Assembly (NCBI GenBank): GCA_017941835.1
Contig: JAGAVP010000034.1
Span: forward strand, 1-52,205
Length of the DNA stretch: 52,205 nt
Reading direction: 5' to 3'
DNA from: Candidatus Saccharimonadota bacterium
Lineage (GTDB): Bacteria; Patescibacteriota; Saccharimonadia; Saccharimonadales; Saccharimonadaceae
The notes below the pieces were generated by a model, which was not told where the DNA came from, made no database searches, and worked only from the letters and a program-made list of their open reading frames with translations. Below, one piece after another: positions 1 to 8,305 of this stretch; the first letter of the stretch is position 1, and each line of letters begins with the position of its first letter. A program made the position numbers and the translations under genes.

Positions 1-1164
1 AACATCAAGCAACAATACGTCTTTCACGTCGCCCTGCAAGACTCCGCCCTGAATTGCCGCACCAACTGCCACGACCTCATCTGGGTTCACACCCTGCATT
101 GGGTCTTTGCCAAAAATTTCCTTTACTTTCTCTACAACAGCCGGCATACGAGTCATACCGCCGACCATTACTACCTCGTCGATGTCAGAAGCCTTGAGTT
201 TTGCATCTTTCAAGGCCTTCTCAACTGGCCCAGCCAATCTATCAAGTAGTGGAGCAACAAGCTCTTCGAGTTTTGCGCGGGTCAGTGTATGTTCAAAATG
301 CTTTGGACCATCTGCGTCTGCGGTCAAGAATGGCAAGTTAATATCAGTGGACATTGCCGAGGAAAGTTCCTTCTTGGCTTTCTCAGCTTCGTCCTTGATG
401 CGCTGCATTGCTGCTGCGTCGTCACGGATATCGACACCACTTTCTTTCTTGAACTCATCAATCAAATAATTTACGATGATATTATCAAAATCTTCACCTC
501 CTAGGTGAGTATCACCATTGGTAGATTTTACTTCAAATACACCATCACCAAGCTCAAGAATGGAAACGTCGAATGTACCACCACCAAGGTCAAATACTGC
601 AATCTGCTCATCTTTCTTGCTCTCAAGCCCATATGCTAGAGCTGCAGCCGTTGGCTCGTTGATGATACGTTTGACCTCAAGTCCTGCAATTTTACCATCA
701 TCCTTAGTAGCTTGACGCTGAGAATCGTCAAAATATGCTGGCACTGTAATAATTGCTTCCGTTACTTTTTCGCCAAGAAATGCTTCCGCATCAGCCTTAA
801 TTTTGGAAAGGACCATTGCAGAAATCTCTTCTGGTGTATAAGTTTTACCATCCATTTCTACGGCCGCTTGGCTACCTTTTTTGACAATTTTATATGGCAT
901 GATGTCCATATCGTGCTTGACTTCTTTGTCGTCAATTTTGCGACCAATCAAACGCTTGATACCATAAATAGTGTTCTTTGGGTTAGTCACGCGCTGGCGC
1001 TGTGCGACTTTTCCGACTAGACGATCACCTTTCTTTGTCACGGCGACTACGGATGGCGTAGTTCTATCGCCTTCCGCATTGGTAATTACTTCAGGTTTTC
1101 CGGCGACCATGTACGCAAACGCTGAGTTTGTTGTACCAAGGTCAATTCCGATAATTTTGCTCAT
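1..1164 (-). CDS. dnaK: Chaperone DnaK (Hsp70), 3' end runs off the window
   Basis: Reverse strand reads [42 protein letters not shown], then [19 protein letters not shown] and [19 protein letters not shown] upstream. Missing from the ORF track because it is open at the edge. Confidence 0.97.
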   Translation of the reverse strand, partial: MSKIIGIDLGTTNSAFAYMVAGKPEVITNAEGDRTTPSVVAVTKKGDRLVGKVAQRQRVTNPKNTIYGIKRLIGRKIDDKEVKHDMDIMPYKIVKKGSQAAVEMDGKTYTPEEISAMVLSKIKADAEAFLGEKVTEAIITVPAYFDDSQRQATKDDGKIAGLEVKRIINEPTAAALAYGLESKKDEQIAVFDLGGGTFDVSILELGDGVFEVKSTNGDTHLGGEDFDNIIVNYLIDEFKKESGVDIRDDAAAMQRIKDEAEKAKKELSSAMSTDINLPFLTADADGPKHFEHTLTRAKLEELVAPLLDRLAGPVEKALKDAKLKASDIDEVVMVGGMTRMPAVVEKVKEIFGKDPMQGVNPDEVVAVGAAIQGGVLQGDVKDVLLLDV

Positions 1165-1180
1165 TTTTTACTCCTTTCAT

Positions 1181-1207
1181 TTAGCACTCGTATGTGTTGA
1201 TTGCTAA
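1181..1207. promoter_or_regulatory. CIRCE operator (1 mismatch) in the dnaK leader
   Basis: TTAGCACTC-gtatgtgtt-GATTGCTAA versus consensus TTAGCACTC-N9-GAGTGCTAA. Confidence 0.88.
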
Positions 1208-1218
1208 TTCTTATCTCT

Positions 1219-1256
1219 ATTCTAGCAAATTAGCACTCTCGTGTCAAGAGTGCTAA
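1219..1256 (-). promoter_or_regulatory. Perfect CIRCE operator overlapping the dnaK sigma70 promoter
   Basis: TTAGCACTC-tcgtgtcaa-GAGTGCTAA at 1230-1256. On the minus strand TTGACA (1247-1242) lies in the spacer, followed by 17 nt and TAGAAT (1224-1219). Confidence 0.95.
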
Positions 1257-1283
1257 TACAGGGGTAGTCGAACAAAAAACGTC

Positions 1284-1850
1284 TTATTTGTTCCGGGTAC
1301 TCCGTTTAGGAAACGCCAGCACCGTTCCAATCACTCCGCCAATCAGTGCCACAATCATATCAAACATCGTGTCCGCAATCCCCGGCGCGATTAGCTCTTG
1401 CATACTCGTTCCGCCAATCTGGTCGCTCGTAAATTCAAAGCATTCCCAGAGCACCGCCACTAGCGCCACAAATGACATCGAAAACAGCGCCTTAAACCAC
1501 ATTTCATCCGGCTTACCTGAGGCCTGATCTATCAGCTCTCTCGCCCCAAATGCCGTCAAAACCCCAGACAGCGTATGTACAATTTTGTCGAACGGATAAA
1601 AAATCTTATAGAAATCAAAATCAATTCCTATCACCATCGCAGGGATAAGGAATAATAAGTAAGCTAGTTCAAAACGTCGCGAGACCTTAATTCCAATCAA
1701 TCTTAAAACATCCATTACAAAAGGAAGCGCAATCGTTGCGAGGTAGCTCCAAATTTTTGGAAAATTCGTCCCTGGAATAAAATGGATGATGGCAAGCACG
1801 GCACCCGTTATTAATATAGCGATTTTTAAGAAGTTAATTAGCCTTTTCAT
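1284..1850 (-). CDS. Integral membrane protein, YjdF/DUF2238-like
   Basis: Multiple TM helices with DKIVH, WECFEF and DTMFDMIVALIGG motifs. Confidence 0.7.
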   Translation of the reverse strand: MKRLINFLKIAILITGAVLAIIHFIPGTNFPKIWSYLATIALPFVMDVLRLIGIKVSRRFELAYLLFLIPAMVIGIDFDFYKIFYPFDKIVHTLSGVLTAFGARELIDQASGKPDEMWFKALFSMSFVALVAVLWECFEFTSDQIGGTSMQELIAPGIADTMFDMIVALIGGVIGTVLAFPKRSTRNK

Positions 1851-1897
1851 ATCTTATATGTTATCATATATTTAATATAATATTAAGGAGTTTTGGC

Positions 1898-2581
1898 ATG
1901 GATCGCGCATCTATGAAAGCTCACGCCAAAGAGCAAATCAAAGGTAAGATTCTTACCATTTTGGCAATTACTATTATTATTGGGGCGATTAACTTCGGGG
2001 TTAGCTTTATCCTTGGCCCAGTTGGTTCGATTGCAACCTTCATTATTAGCGGTGCGTTCACCCTAGCAGAAGCCTTCATTTTTCTCGGTATTACCAAAAA
2101 ATCTCGTATGCCAAAGATTGAAGATATCTTTATGGGCTTCAAAGGTGACAACTTCTTACGCTCGCTCGTTGCCTATCTTCGCTACACCATCTTCACCTTC
2201 CTTTGGGGTCTCCTCTTCGTGATTCCAGGCATCATCAAGAGCATCGCTTACTCTCAGATGTTCTACCTTCTTGCCGAAGATGACAAGCTTGAAGCCGGTG
2301 ACGCTCAAAGAAAATCCATGGAAATGATGGAAGGGCACAAAATGGATTACTTTGTCCTCGGCCTTTCCTTTATCCCTTGGTATCTGCTTTGCCTAATCAC
2401 TCTTGGTATTGCTAGCATCTACGTTGCGCCATATATCCAGACCACTATGGCAGAATTTCACGTTCGTCTTCTGAAAGAAAACGAGCCAAAAACTACGAAA
2501 CCAGCAGCTAAAGAAGCAAAAACCGTTGCTACTAAAAAACCTGCTGCTAAAAAATCCACCAAGAAAACTACCAAGAAATAA
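1898..2581 (+). CDS. DUF975 family membrane protein with Lys/Ala-rich tail
   Basis: LWGLLFVIPGIIKSIAYSQMFYLL...SMEMMEGHKMDYFVLGLSFIPW pattern; AAGGAG RBS. Confidence 0.85.
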   Translation: MDRASMKAHAKEQIKGKILTILAITIIIGAINFGVSFILGPVGSIATFIISGAFTLAEAFIFLGITKKSRMPKIEDIFMGFKGDNFLRSLVAYLRYTIFTFLWGLLFVIPGIIKSIAYSQMFYLLAEDDKLEAGDAQRKSMEMMEGHKMDYFVLGLSFIPWYLLCLITLGIASIYVAPYIQTTMAEFHVRLLKENEPKTTKPAAKEAKTVATKKPAAKKSTKKTTKK

Positions 2582-3206
2582 TTGCAAGTGTTTCACGGCG
2601 CTGTAATTTCGGCGCCGTTTTTTGTGCCGCAGAAGTAGACGCAGATAATTTCGCGAGCCATTCATCCACTGCCCGCGAAGCTCCCGGCAATTGCGGATTG
2701 TTGTAATCGTGCACTAAGATTGCCCCATGCTTATTCATTCTCGGGGTTACAAGTTCCAAACTCGTCTTGATCGATTGATACAAATCGCCGTCCAAAAAAG
2801 CAAAAGCGATTTCAGAAGGCAAATCGTCTGTGCTTAAATTCTCAAAAAACCCTTTGCGAATTCGCGGCACATGTAGCCCTGCCTTCTTGAATCGCTCCAC
2901 GACCTCGCGTTTTGTCACGAGCAACTCGCCTTGCTTGAAACTGTCGCCCGCCACCGACGCATCCTCGCGCGTCCTGGCTGGTAGCCCCTCGAACGAGTCA
3001 TAAATCCAAAGCCGAGACGAAGAATCTGGGAATTCTCGTTCCAACATTTTCTGCATCAAAAGTGAAGTATCGCCACGATAACAACCAAATTCCACTACGT
3101 CGCCAGAAACTTCGTGCGACAGAATCTCCCGGAGCTCCGACAAAATTACAGCGGTCTCGTTGTCCGAGACCTGCTGTAAATAATCTGTCTTTTTGAGTTT
3201 AGACAA
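2568..3206 (-). CDS. TylF/MycF/NovP-family O-methyltransferase
   Basis: GDVVEFGCYRG, YDSFEGLP, KGFF, FAFLDGDLYQS and VHDY motifs; TTG start. Confidence 0.88.
   Translation of the reverse strand: MSKLKKTDYLQQVSDNETAVILSELREILSHEVSGDVVEFGCYRGDTSLLMQKMLEREFPDSSSRLWIYDSFEGLPARTREDASVAGDSFKQGELLVTKREVVERFKKAGLHVPRIRKGFFENLSTDDLPSEIAFAFLDGDLYQSIKTSLELVTPRMNKHGAILVHDYNNPQLPGASRAVDEWLAKLSASTSAAQKTAPKLQRRETLAIISW
2595..2623 (+). terminator. Intrinsic terminator of the DUF975 gene, lying within the 3' end of the convergent methyltransferase gene
   Basis: ACGGCGCTG-taattt-CGGCGCCGT followed by a T run. Confidence 0.65.
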
Positions 3207-3211
3207 GTTGC

Positions 3212-4459
3212 TTACTTCCTATTTTTCTCAGCAGCATCAGCCAGCTCTTCGCTACTGACGTCGCCATCGTTATTAGTGTCAAGGATTGCACCGGCGCGGC
3301 GAATCATTTCTTCACTTTCATCCGTACGGATTACCCACACTGGCTTGCTACCTTCCGCCGCAATATTAGTGTGCCTTTCTGGCATTTCTGCGACATTCTT
3401 CTTTTCATCAATTGCAAAGCCAAGATAATTAAGCTTTTGAGAAACGGTGCGACGAATTTCATCCGAACGCTCACCAATCGTTGCGGTAAAGACAATCGCG
3501 TCCACACCGCCTAAGCTTGCCGCCATCTGACCAATCAAGCTCTGGACTTTATAGACGTACATTGCGTGCGCAAACGTTCCGCGCTTGTCGCCTTCATCGC
3601 GAAGTCTCAAAATCTCGCGCATATCGTCGGTCTGCCCAGAAACACCCTTAAGTCCAGCCTCTTTGTTGAGGTATTTTTCAATCGACTCATCGCTCTCAAA
3701 TTTCAAATAGTGCTTAATCGCGAGCGCTGCAGCTGGGTCGATGTTTCCGCATCTCGTTGCCATCATTAGACCTTCAAGTGGGGAATAACCCATCGTCGTA
3801 TCAAGCGATTTGCCCTCAAACACTGCCGTGATAGAAGAGCCAGAGCCAAGATGACAAACAATCAATTTCTGTGGCAAGATATCTTGCTTCTTCATATATT
3901 GTACGATCGCACCGACGGAAAGCCCGTGATAACCAAAACGTTTAACGTCGGCTTTGTCAGCAAGCTCAGTATCAAATGCATAATATTTCATGAGGTCCGG
4001 ACGATCCGCGTGGAACGAGGAGTCAGAAATCGCAATAACTGGCGTACCCTTGAAGCTCTTTACCAGATGCTCGATTTCCGCTGCGACCACAGGAACGTGC
4101 AAAGGTGCACGCTTCTTTGCCTTATCAAGTGCCTTGAGATATGCTTCGTCCACCACATGGTCCTGCGTAAAGAATTCACCAGGGCAAGCTACGCGCGCAA
4201 GAATTGCATCAATCTTCGTCATCCCGCCAAGGATTCCTTCCTCAGTTAGAATACGATTGATGTTTGCCACGGTAGAAGTTAGTTCCTTGAAATCCTGTTT
4301 TAGAACCTTCTTCTTTCCATCAGCCTTCTTCACTGTACAGATAACATCTTTGCCTTCGTATTCAAAATGCAGACTGCAGATTTCTTCCGTGCCCTTGTAG
4401 AGCGCATATTTACGACTTGAACTTCCTGGGTTGGTAATCAGAATTAATTTATTTTCCAT
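3212..4459 (-). CDS. ackA: Acetate kinase
   Basis: ITNPGSSSRKY, APLH, RFGYHGLS, CHLGSGSS, DTTMGYSPLEGLMMATRCG, FTATIGE; AAGGAG RBS. Confidence 0.95.
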   Translation of the reverse strand: MENKLILITNPGSSSRKYALYKGTEEICSLHFEYEGKDVICTVKKADGKKKVLKQDFKELTSTVANINRILTEEGILGGMTKIDAILARVACPGEFFTQDHVVDEAYLKALDKAKKRAPLHVPVVAAEIEHLVKSFKGTPVIAISDSSFHADRPDLMKYYAFDTELADKADVKRFGYHGLSVGAIVQYMKKQDILPQKLIVCHLGSGSSITAVFEGKSLDTTMGYSPLEGLMMATRCGNIDPAAALAIKHYLKFESDESIEKYLNKEAGLKGVSGQTDDMREILRLRDEGDKRGTFAHAMYVYKVQSLIGQMAASLGGVDAIVFTATIGERSDEIRRTVSQKLNYLGFAIDEKKNVAEMPERHTNIAAEGSKPVWVIRTDESEEMIRRAGAILDTNNDGDVSSEELADAAEKNRK

Positions 4460-4493
4460 CAAAAACTCCTTATTTGTTAGTATTATAACATGA

Positions 4494-4521
4494 AAAAGCC
4501 GAGCAGAAAATGCCCGGCTTT
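4494..4521 (-). terminator. Hairpin terminator downstream of the 4566-5414 gene
   Basis: Minus strand AAAGCCGGGCA-ttttc-TGCTCGGCTTTTT. Confidence 0.7.
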
Positions 4522-4565
4522 CAAAGAGTGTAAACTAAAAAGTGTAATAGATAATAAATAGTGTA

Positions 4566-5414
4566 TTATTTCAAAATAATAGTAGGTGTTTTTCTAGGTT
4601 TTCTAGAATATTCAACGGTGTTATTCTTTGCAATTACCGCGTGTCCATGGCGGACTCCACTTTTTCCGCCATAATAAATATCTACCTTCCCATCGACTCT
4701 GCGTTCCATTTTGCTAGAATCCCAGTTTTCTTCTGGAACTTCTGCTAATTTTAGCAGGTCTTTATCAAGTTCCATCGCCTTCGGGCGGGAACTAAAATCG
4801 TCTACATCCTGTTTTGTGTCAGGATTCTTCGCGCCTTCATATTTTGCTCTTGCGCGATCGTAGCTAGCTTTCTTGAGGTTGAACTCGTTTTTTGCTTCAT
4901 GGTAAGCCTCGAGGATATCATCTTGCTCTGCGCGTAAATTTTTTAACTTTTCGCGCATCTCTTTGAGCATCGACATATCAGGACTCACCATTTGGCGTTT
5001 TTTTGCAATCAAGTCGTCGCGCTCTAACATCTTCTCAGCTGCTAATTTTGAGAAAAACCTTGCCGCTTCGTCGTAGACTGCTTTTGTTTCTGCATGGTCA
5101 GTTTCTGTTGCTAACTTTTTGAAACTTTCCTCCTGCGTATTGCAGGCATTAATCGCTTCAATTATGTCGCCGATTTTCGCTTTTGCCTTGGCAATCTCTT
5201 CAGAAAAAATATCCCACTCTGAGTCCTTGGCTTCTTTTAGCTTATCGTGCTGAGCCTGCATGTCGCCGATTTCATTATAAATCTCGGCCGCCCTGCGTTG
5301 ACCATCCTGCATTTTTTGCTGAGCATCTAGCATATTCTGTCTTGCAACCTGCATGGCATGATACGCTCGCTTCAAGTCAAAGCTACTACTAGTACTACTA
5401 TCACTATTTTTCAT
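4566..5414 (-). CDS. Hypothetical protein: long coiled coil plus small C-terminal domain (DIYYGG...HGHAVI)
   Basis: Start reassigned to ATG 5414 (MKNSDSS) behind an AAGGAGG RBS; heptad-like E/K/A-rich region. Confidence 0.75.
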   Translation of the reverse strand: MKNSDSSTSSSFDLKRAYHAMQVARQNMLDAQQKMQDGQRRAAEIYNEIGDMQAQHDKLKEAKDSEWDIFSEEIAKAKAKIGDIIEAINACNTQEESFKKLATETDHAETKAVYDEAARFFSKLAAEKMLERDDLIAKKRQMVSPDMSMLKEMREKLKNLRAEQDDILEAYHEAKNEFNLKKASYDRARAKYEGAKNPDTKQDVDDFSSRPKAMELDKDLLKLAEVPEENWDSSKMERRVDGKVDIYYGGKSGVRHGHAVIAKNNTVEYSRKPRKTPTIILK

Positions 5415-5430
5415 AGTTTTTCCTCCTTGG

Positions 5431-5474
5431 GAATGAACCACGGGATGCCCCGTACAAATATAATTATACCACAA
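5431..5474 (-). repeat. Shared promoter/leader element, copy 1
   Basis: Minus strand TTGTGGTATAATT-N4-TTGTACGGGGCATCCCGTGGTTC; 23-bp and 13-bp blocks identical to 6201-6244. Confidence 0.9.
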
Positions 5475-5491
5475 TTATTTTCATAAGTAAA

Positions 5492-5515
5492 TAGGCCGAG
5501 CATCCTGCTCGACCC
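5492..5515 (-). terminator. Hairpin terminator downstream of the 5600-6187 gene
   Basis: Minus strand GGTCGAGCA-gga-TGCTCGGCC then TATTT; shares TGCTCGGC with the 4494-4521 hairpin. Confidence 0.6.
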
Positions 5516-5599
5516 TAAAAGAGTTAGGAAAGCTTGACATCTGAACCTGCGTAGTGGTAATGCCGATAAGAGTCATAATGTTTTGTTCATGATAATTAC

Positions 5600-6187
5600 T
5601 TAGGCTTCTGGGCTGGGCTGATGTGCTAAATCGTAACTTCGGCCGGCTCTTATTACATTCTTTCGTCCACATAACGGACAGGTAAGAAAGGCCTGGCTTG
5701 TTATTATGCCTGTTGAGCTGTTATGACTAAGCACCTCTCCTTCTTGCTGCCAGTTGGTGTGGTCATAGATGTATCCGCAATAGTAGCACTTGCATAATTT
5801 CTGACAAAAAACGCCACACCCACAACGCACTTCGCCACCCACTGCGAAATAATGATGATATGTATTTTCCCCAGTCTCGCATCCATCACGCCACGATAGG
5901 CAATAATCTCTCCAAGCAATACTATCCGGATCAAATCTACATGCTTCCACTTCCTTGCCACAATTGAAACATCTAGCAGCATCGTCATGGAAGGGTGAAT
6001 TTTGTAATCTCGCTGGCTGCTCCCAATTCTCGTAATCAAAGACATAGCCACACTTTCGACACTTGTACAAGTTCGGAATCATTTTCTTTGTCTTATCGTA
6101 TTTGATTCGAGCGTTTTTGCTAGGCGCCGCCCCCATATAACATCGTGAACCATTTTCCTTTTTACGAATAAAATCCCCAATTACCAT
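5600..6187 (-). CDS. Cys-rich protein with duplicated zinc-ribbon module
   Basis: Start ATG 6187 (MVIGDF) behind AAGGAG; CRKCGYVFDYENWEQ...CFNCG and CYYCGYIYDHTNWQQ...CPLCG. Confidence 0.75.
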   Translation of the reverse strand: MVIGDFIRKKENGSRCYMGAAPSKNARIKYDKTKKMIPNLYKCRKCGYVFDYENWEQPARLQNSPFHDDAARCFNCGKEVEACRFDPDSIAWRDYCLSWRDGCETGENTYHHYFAVGGEVRCGCGVFCQKLCKCYYCGYIYDHTNWQQEGEVLSHNSSTGIITSQAFLTCPLCGRKNVIRAGRSYDLAHQPSPEA

Positions 6188-6200
6188 AGGTACTCTCCTT

Positions 6201-6244
6201 GAAAGAACCACGGGATGCCCCGTACAAGAAAAATTATACCACAA
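6201..6244 (-). repeat. Shared promoter/leader element, copy 2
   Basis: Near-identical to 5431-5474, offset 770 bp. Confidence 0.9.
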
Positions 6245-6278
6245 AAAGGCTAGAAAACAAGTCTAGCCCTATTAAGTT

Positions 6279-7175
6279 TTAGATTTCTTCTAGTTCGTAT
6301 TCGCGACTTCCTAGCCCCAAACTTTCCGCATATGGTAAAATCTCACGCCCGAGTCTAGAATCAATTCTCTCCATCAAAGCCTTCACACCCTCATGCTCCG
6401 GGTTTTCCTCCGCGAATTTCCAGACCATATCGATAAATGCCTGGTCATTTGCTACCGGATCTAGACTTGCTACAATTCCAAGGTCTGGCATTACCGGATC
6501 ATCCTGCTTCGAATCGCAATCACACGACGTAGAAATCGCATTCATCACAGTGATATAAACAATCTGCTTACCTTGCTCTTTCACGTAATCTGCCACCGCC
6601 GTTGCTGCTTCCGCCATCGATTCAATAAAATCAATTTGTTCATGTTTATCATTCCAGCAAAGTAGCGGACTCTTCGTGTGGCCTGCAGAATGGATATACG
6701 CCTTACCGTGTCGCGACGCAATTCCAATGGATTGATTCTTAAGGTTTGCACCAAACCCGCCCATCATATGACCTTTAGCGTGTGCAAGATTTATGTAGGA
6801 ATCATAATTATCCCAGTGCTTACCAATCAAATCAAATTTAAGATGCTTGCCGTGATGTACTGGAATCTCCATGTCTCCATCTTCGTCCATAATATCGACT
6901 CCCGCAAAACTCGTGAAACCATGCTCTTCTGCCACTTTTCGGTGCGCCTTCGTTGAAGTTCTTTCACCAGGATAGGCAGTATTACATTCCAAGATCGTGC
7001 CATTCAAACTTTTGACAAAAGGCCCAATTAAATCTGCCTTCAAATAATTTTTTGCGCCCTGCTCGCCCGTCGAAACCTTTACACCAATTTTTCCAGGTAG
7101 CTCCACTCCGAGTGCTTGATAAACCTTAGCTAAGCTTTCGGGTGATATTTCTTTTGTAAAATAGACTTTTGACAT
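6279..7175 (-). CDS. DUF362 domain Fe-S protein
   Basis: SKVYFT, KVSTGE, ECNTAYPGER, HAKGHMMGGFGANLKN, SCDCD, DLGIVASLDPVANDQA; AAGGAGG RBS. Confidence 0.88.
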   Translation of the reverse strand: MSKVYFTKEISPESLAKVYQALGVELPGKIGVKVSTGEQGAKNYLKADLIGPFVKSLNGTILECNTAYPGERTSTKAHRKVAEEHGFTSFAGVDIMDEDGDMEIPVHHGKHLKFDLIGKHWDNYDSYINLAHAKGHMMGGFGANLKNQSIGIASRHGKAYIHSAGHTKSPLLCWNDKHEQIDFIESMAEAATAVADYVKEQGKQIVYITVMNAISTSCDCDSKQDDPVMPDLGIVASLDPVANDQAFIDMVWKFAEENPEHEGVKALMERIDSRLGREILPYAESLGLGSREYELEEI

Positions 7176-7192
7176 TTGTCCTCCTTATTTTT

Positions 7193-8119
7193 CTAGCCAA
7201 AAATACCGTGTTTTTTAACATTTTTGAATTGCTCAAGCAGCTCTCTTTGTTTGCGCGAAAGATTCTTTGGTGTCTCCACGATAATCGTCACGATATGTGG
7301 ACCTCTGTCGCCATCCGCACGGAAGGGAACGCCATGTCCGGAAAGTTTGAAAGGCGTGCCGCTTTGTGTGCCAGCTGGAACTTTCATCGTTACTGGTCCA
7401 TCGACGGTTTCAACATCGATTTCACAACCCAGTGCTGCGTCCACCATGCTGATTTTTTCTTCTGACAGAATCAAAGTGCCTTCGCGCGTCAGCGTCTTGT
7501 GTGGCTTTACGCGTACCACGACATAAAGATCCCCTTTCTCTGCGCCTGGAACATTTTCTGGTGCTGGACCGCCCCGCCCTTTCAAGCGGATACTCATACC
7601 ATCATCAATCCCGGCTGGGACTTTAATCTTTAGACTTTTGCCTTCAACGTTTATCGACTTAGTCGTTCCAAAAATTGCGTCCTTAAAATCAATCGTCACT
7701 TGCGTGCGATAATCTGCACCGCGCCTTTGTCGGCGCGAAGCCCCACCAAACCCAAACAGATTTCCTAAAATATCATCAAGCCCGCCTCCACCAAAATCAA
7801 AGTGAAATTCCTGTCCATTGAAATTGAAATTTCCACCCTGACCAAACGGATTGCCTCCGCCAAACGGATTACCATAAGCCCCGCCAGCTGCACCATTTAC
7901 GCCGGCATGCCCGAATTGGTCGTAGCGTGCACGTTTTTGCTTATCAGACAATACTTCATGTGCCTCAGAAACTTCCTTAAATTTTTCCTCAGCTTCTTTA
8001 TCCCCAGGATTTTTGTCTGGGTGATATTTGATGGCTAGCTTGCGGTAAGCTTTTTTAATTTCGTCATCAGATGCGTTTTTTGATACGCCTAAAACTTCAT
8101 AATAATCTCGTTTTGCCAT
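7193..8119 (-). CDS. dnaJ: DnaJ-family co-chaperone lacking the zinc-finger (class II/CbpA-like)
   Basis: J domain with HPD (KYHPDKN), G/F-rich region and C-terminal domain; no CxxCxGxG repeats; CIRCE upstream. Confidence 0.92.
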   Translation of the reverse strand: MAKRDYYEVLGVSKNASDDEIKKAYRKLAIKYHPDKNPGDKEAEEKFKEVSEAHEVLSDKQKRARYDQFGHAGVNGAAGGAYGNPFGGGNPFGQGGNFNFNGQEFHFDFGGGGLDDILGNLFGFGGASRRQRRGADYRTQVTIDFKDAIFGTTKSINVEGKSLKIKVPAGIDDGMSIRLKGRGGPAPENVPGAEKGDLYVVVRVKPHKTLTREGTLILSEEKISMVDAALGCEIDVETVDGPVTMKVPAGTQSGTPFKLSGHGVPFRADGDRGPHIVTIIVETPKNLSRKQRELLEQFKNVKKHGIFG

Positions 8120-8137
8120 ATATATAATTATATATAA

Positions 8138-8164
8138 TTAGCACTCAAAATGCAAGAGTGCTAA
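8138..8164. promoter_or_regulatory. Perfect CIRCE operator upstream of dnaJ
   Basis: TTAGCACTC-aaaatgcaa-GAGTGCTAA. Confidence 0.95.
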
Positions 8165-8208
8165 TTCAACTAATCCGACCGAAAAGAGATATGATATAAT
8201 ATATCCAT

Positions 8209-8285
8209 GCCGTCGTAGCTCAGTGGATTAGAGCACTTGTCTTCGGAACAAGGGGTCGTGGGTTCGAGTCCCTCCGACGGTACCA
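8209..8285 (+). tRNA. tRNA-Arg (anticodon UCG)
   Basis: GCCGTCG acceptor stem, D arm, anticodon arm CTTGT-ctTCGga-ACAAG, GGTTCGAGTCC T loop, encoded CCA. Confidence 0.95.
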
Positions 8286-8305
8286 AGGCCAAATTGGCCT
8301 ATTTT

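Noticed and set aside
107-1207. Several plus-strand ORFs at the window start
   Set aside because: They are antisense shadows of dnaK on the minus strand.
5481-5672. 63-aa minus-strand ORF between the two cassette genes
   Set aside because: It overlaps the 3' end of the zinc-ribbon gene and runs through a terminator and promoter; no RBS.
5415-6244. Shared N-terminal peptide MWYNxxCTGHPVV in the two ORF-track translations (apparent common leader peptide)
   Set aside because: It is the translation of the repeated promoter/leader DNA (TGGTATAAT reads WYN). Strong RBSs point to downstream ATGs at 5414 and 6187.
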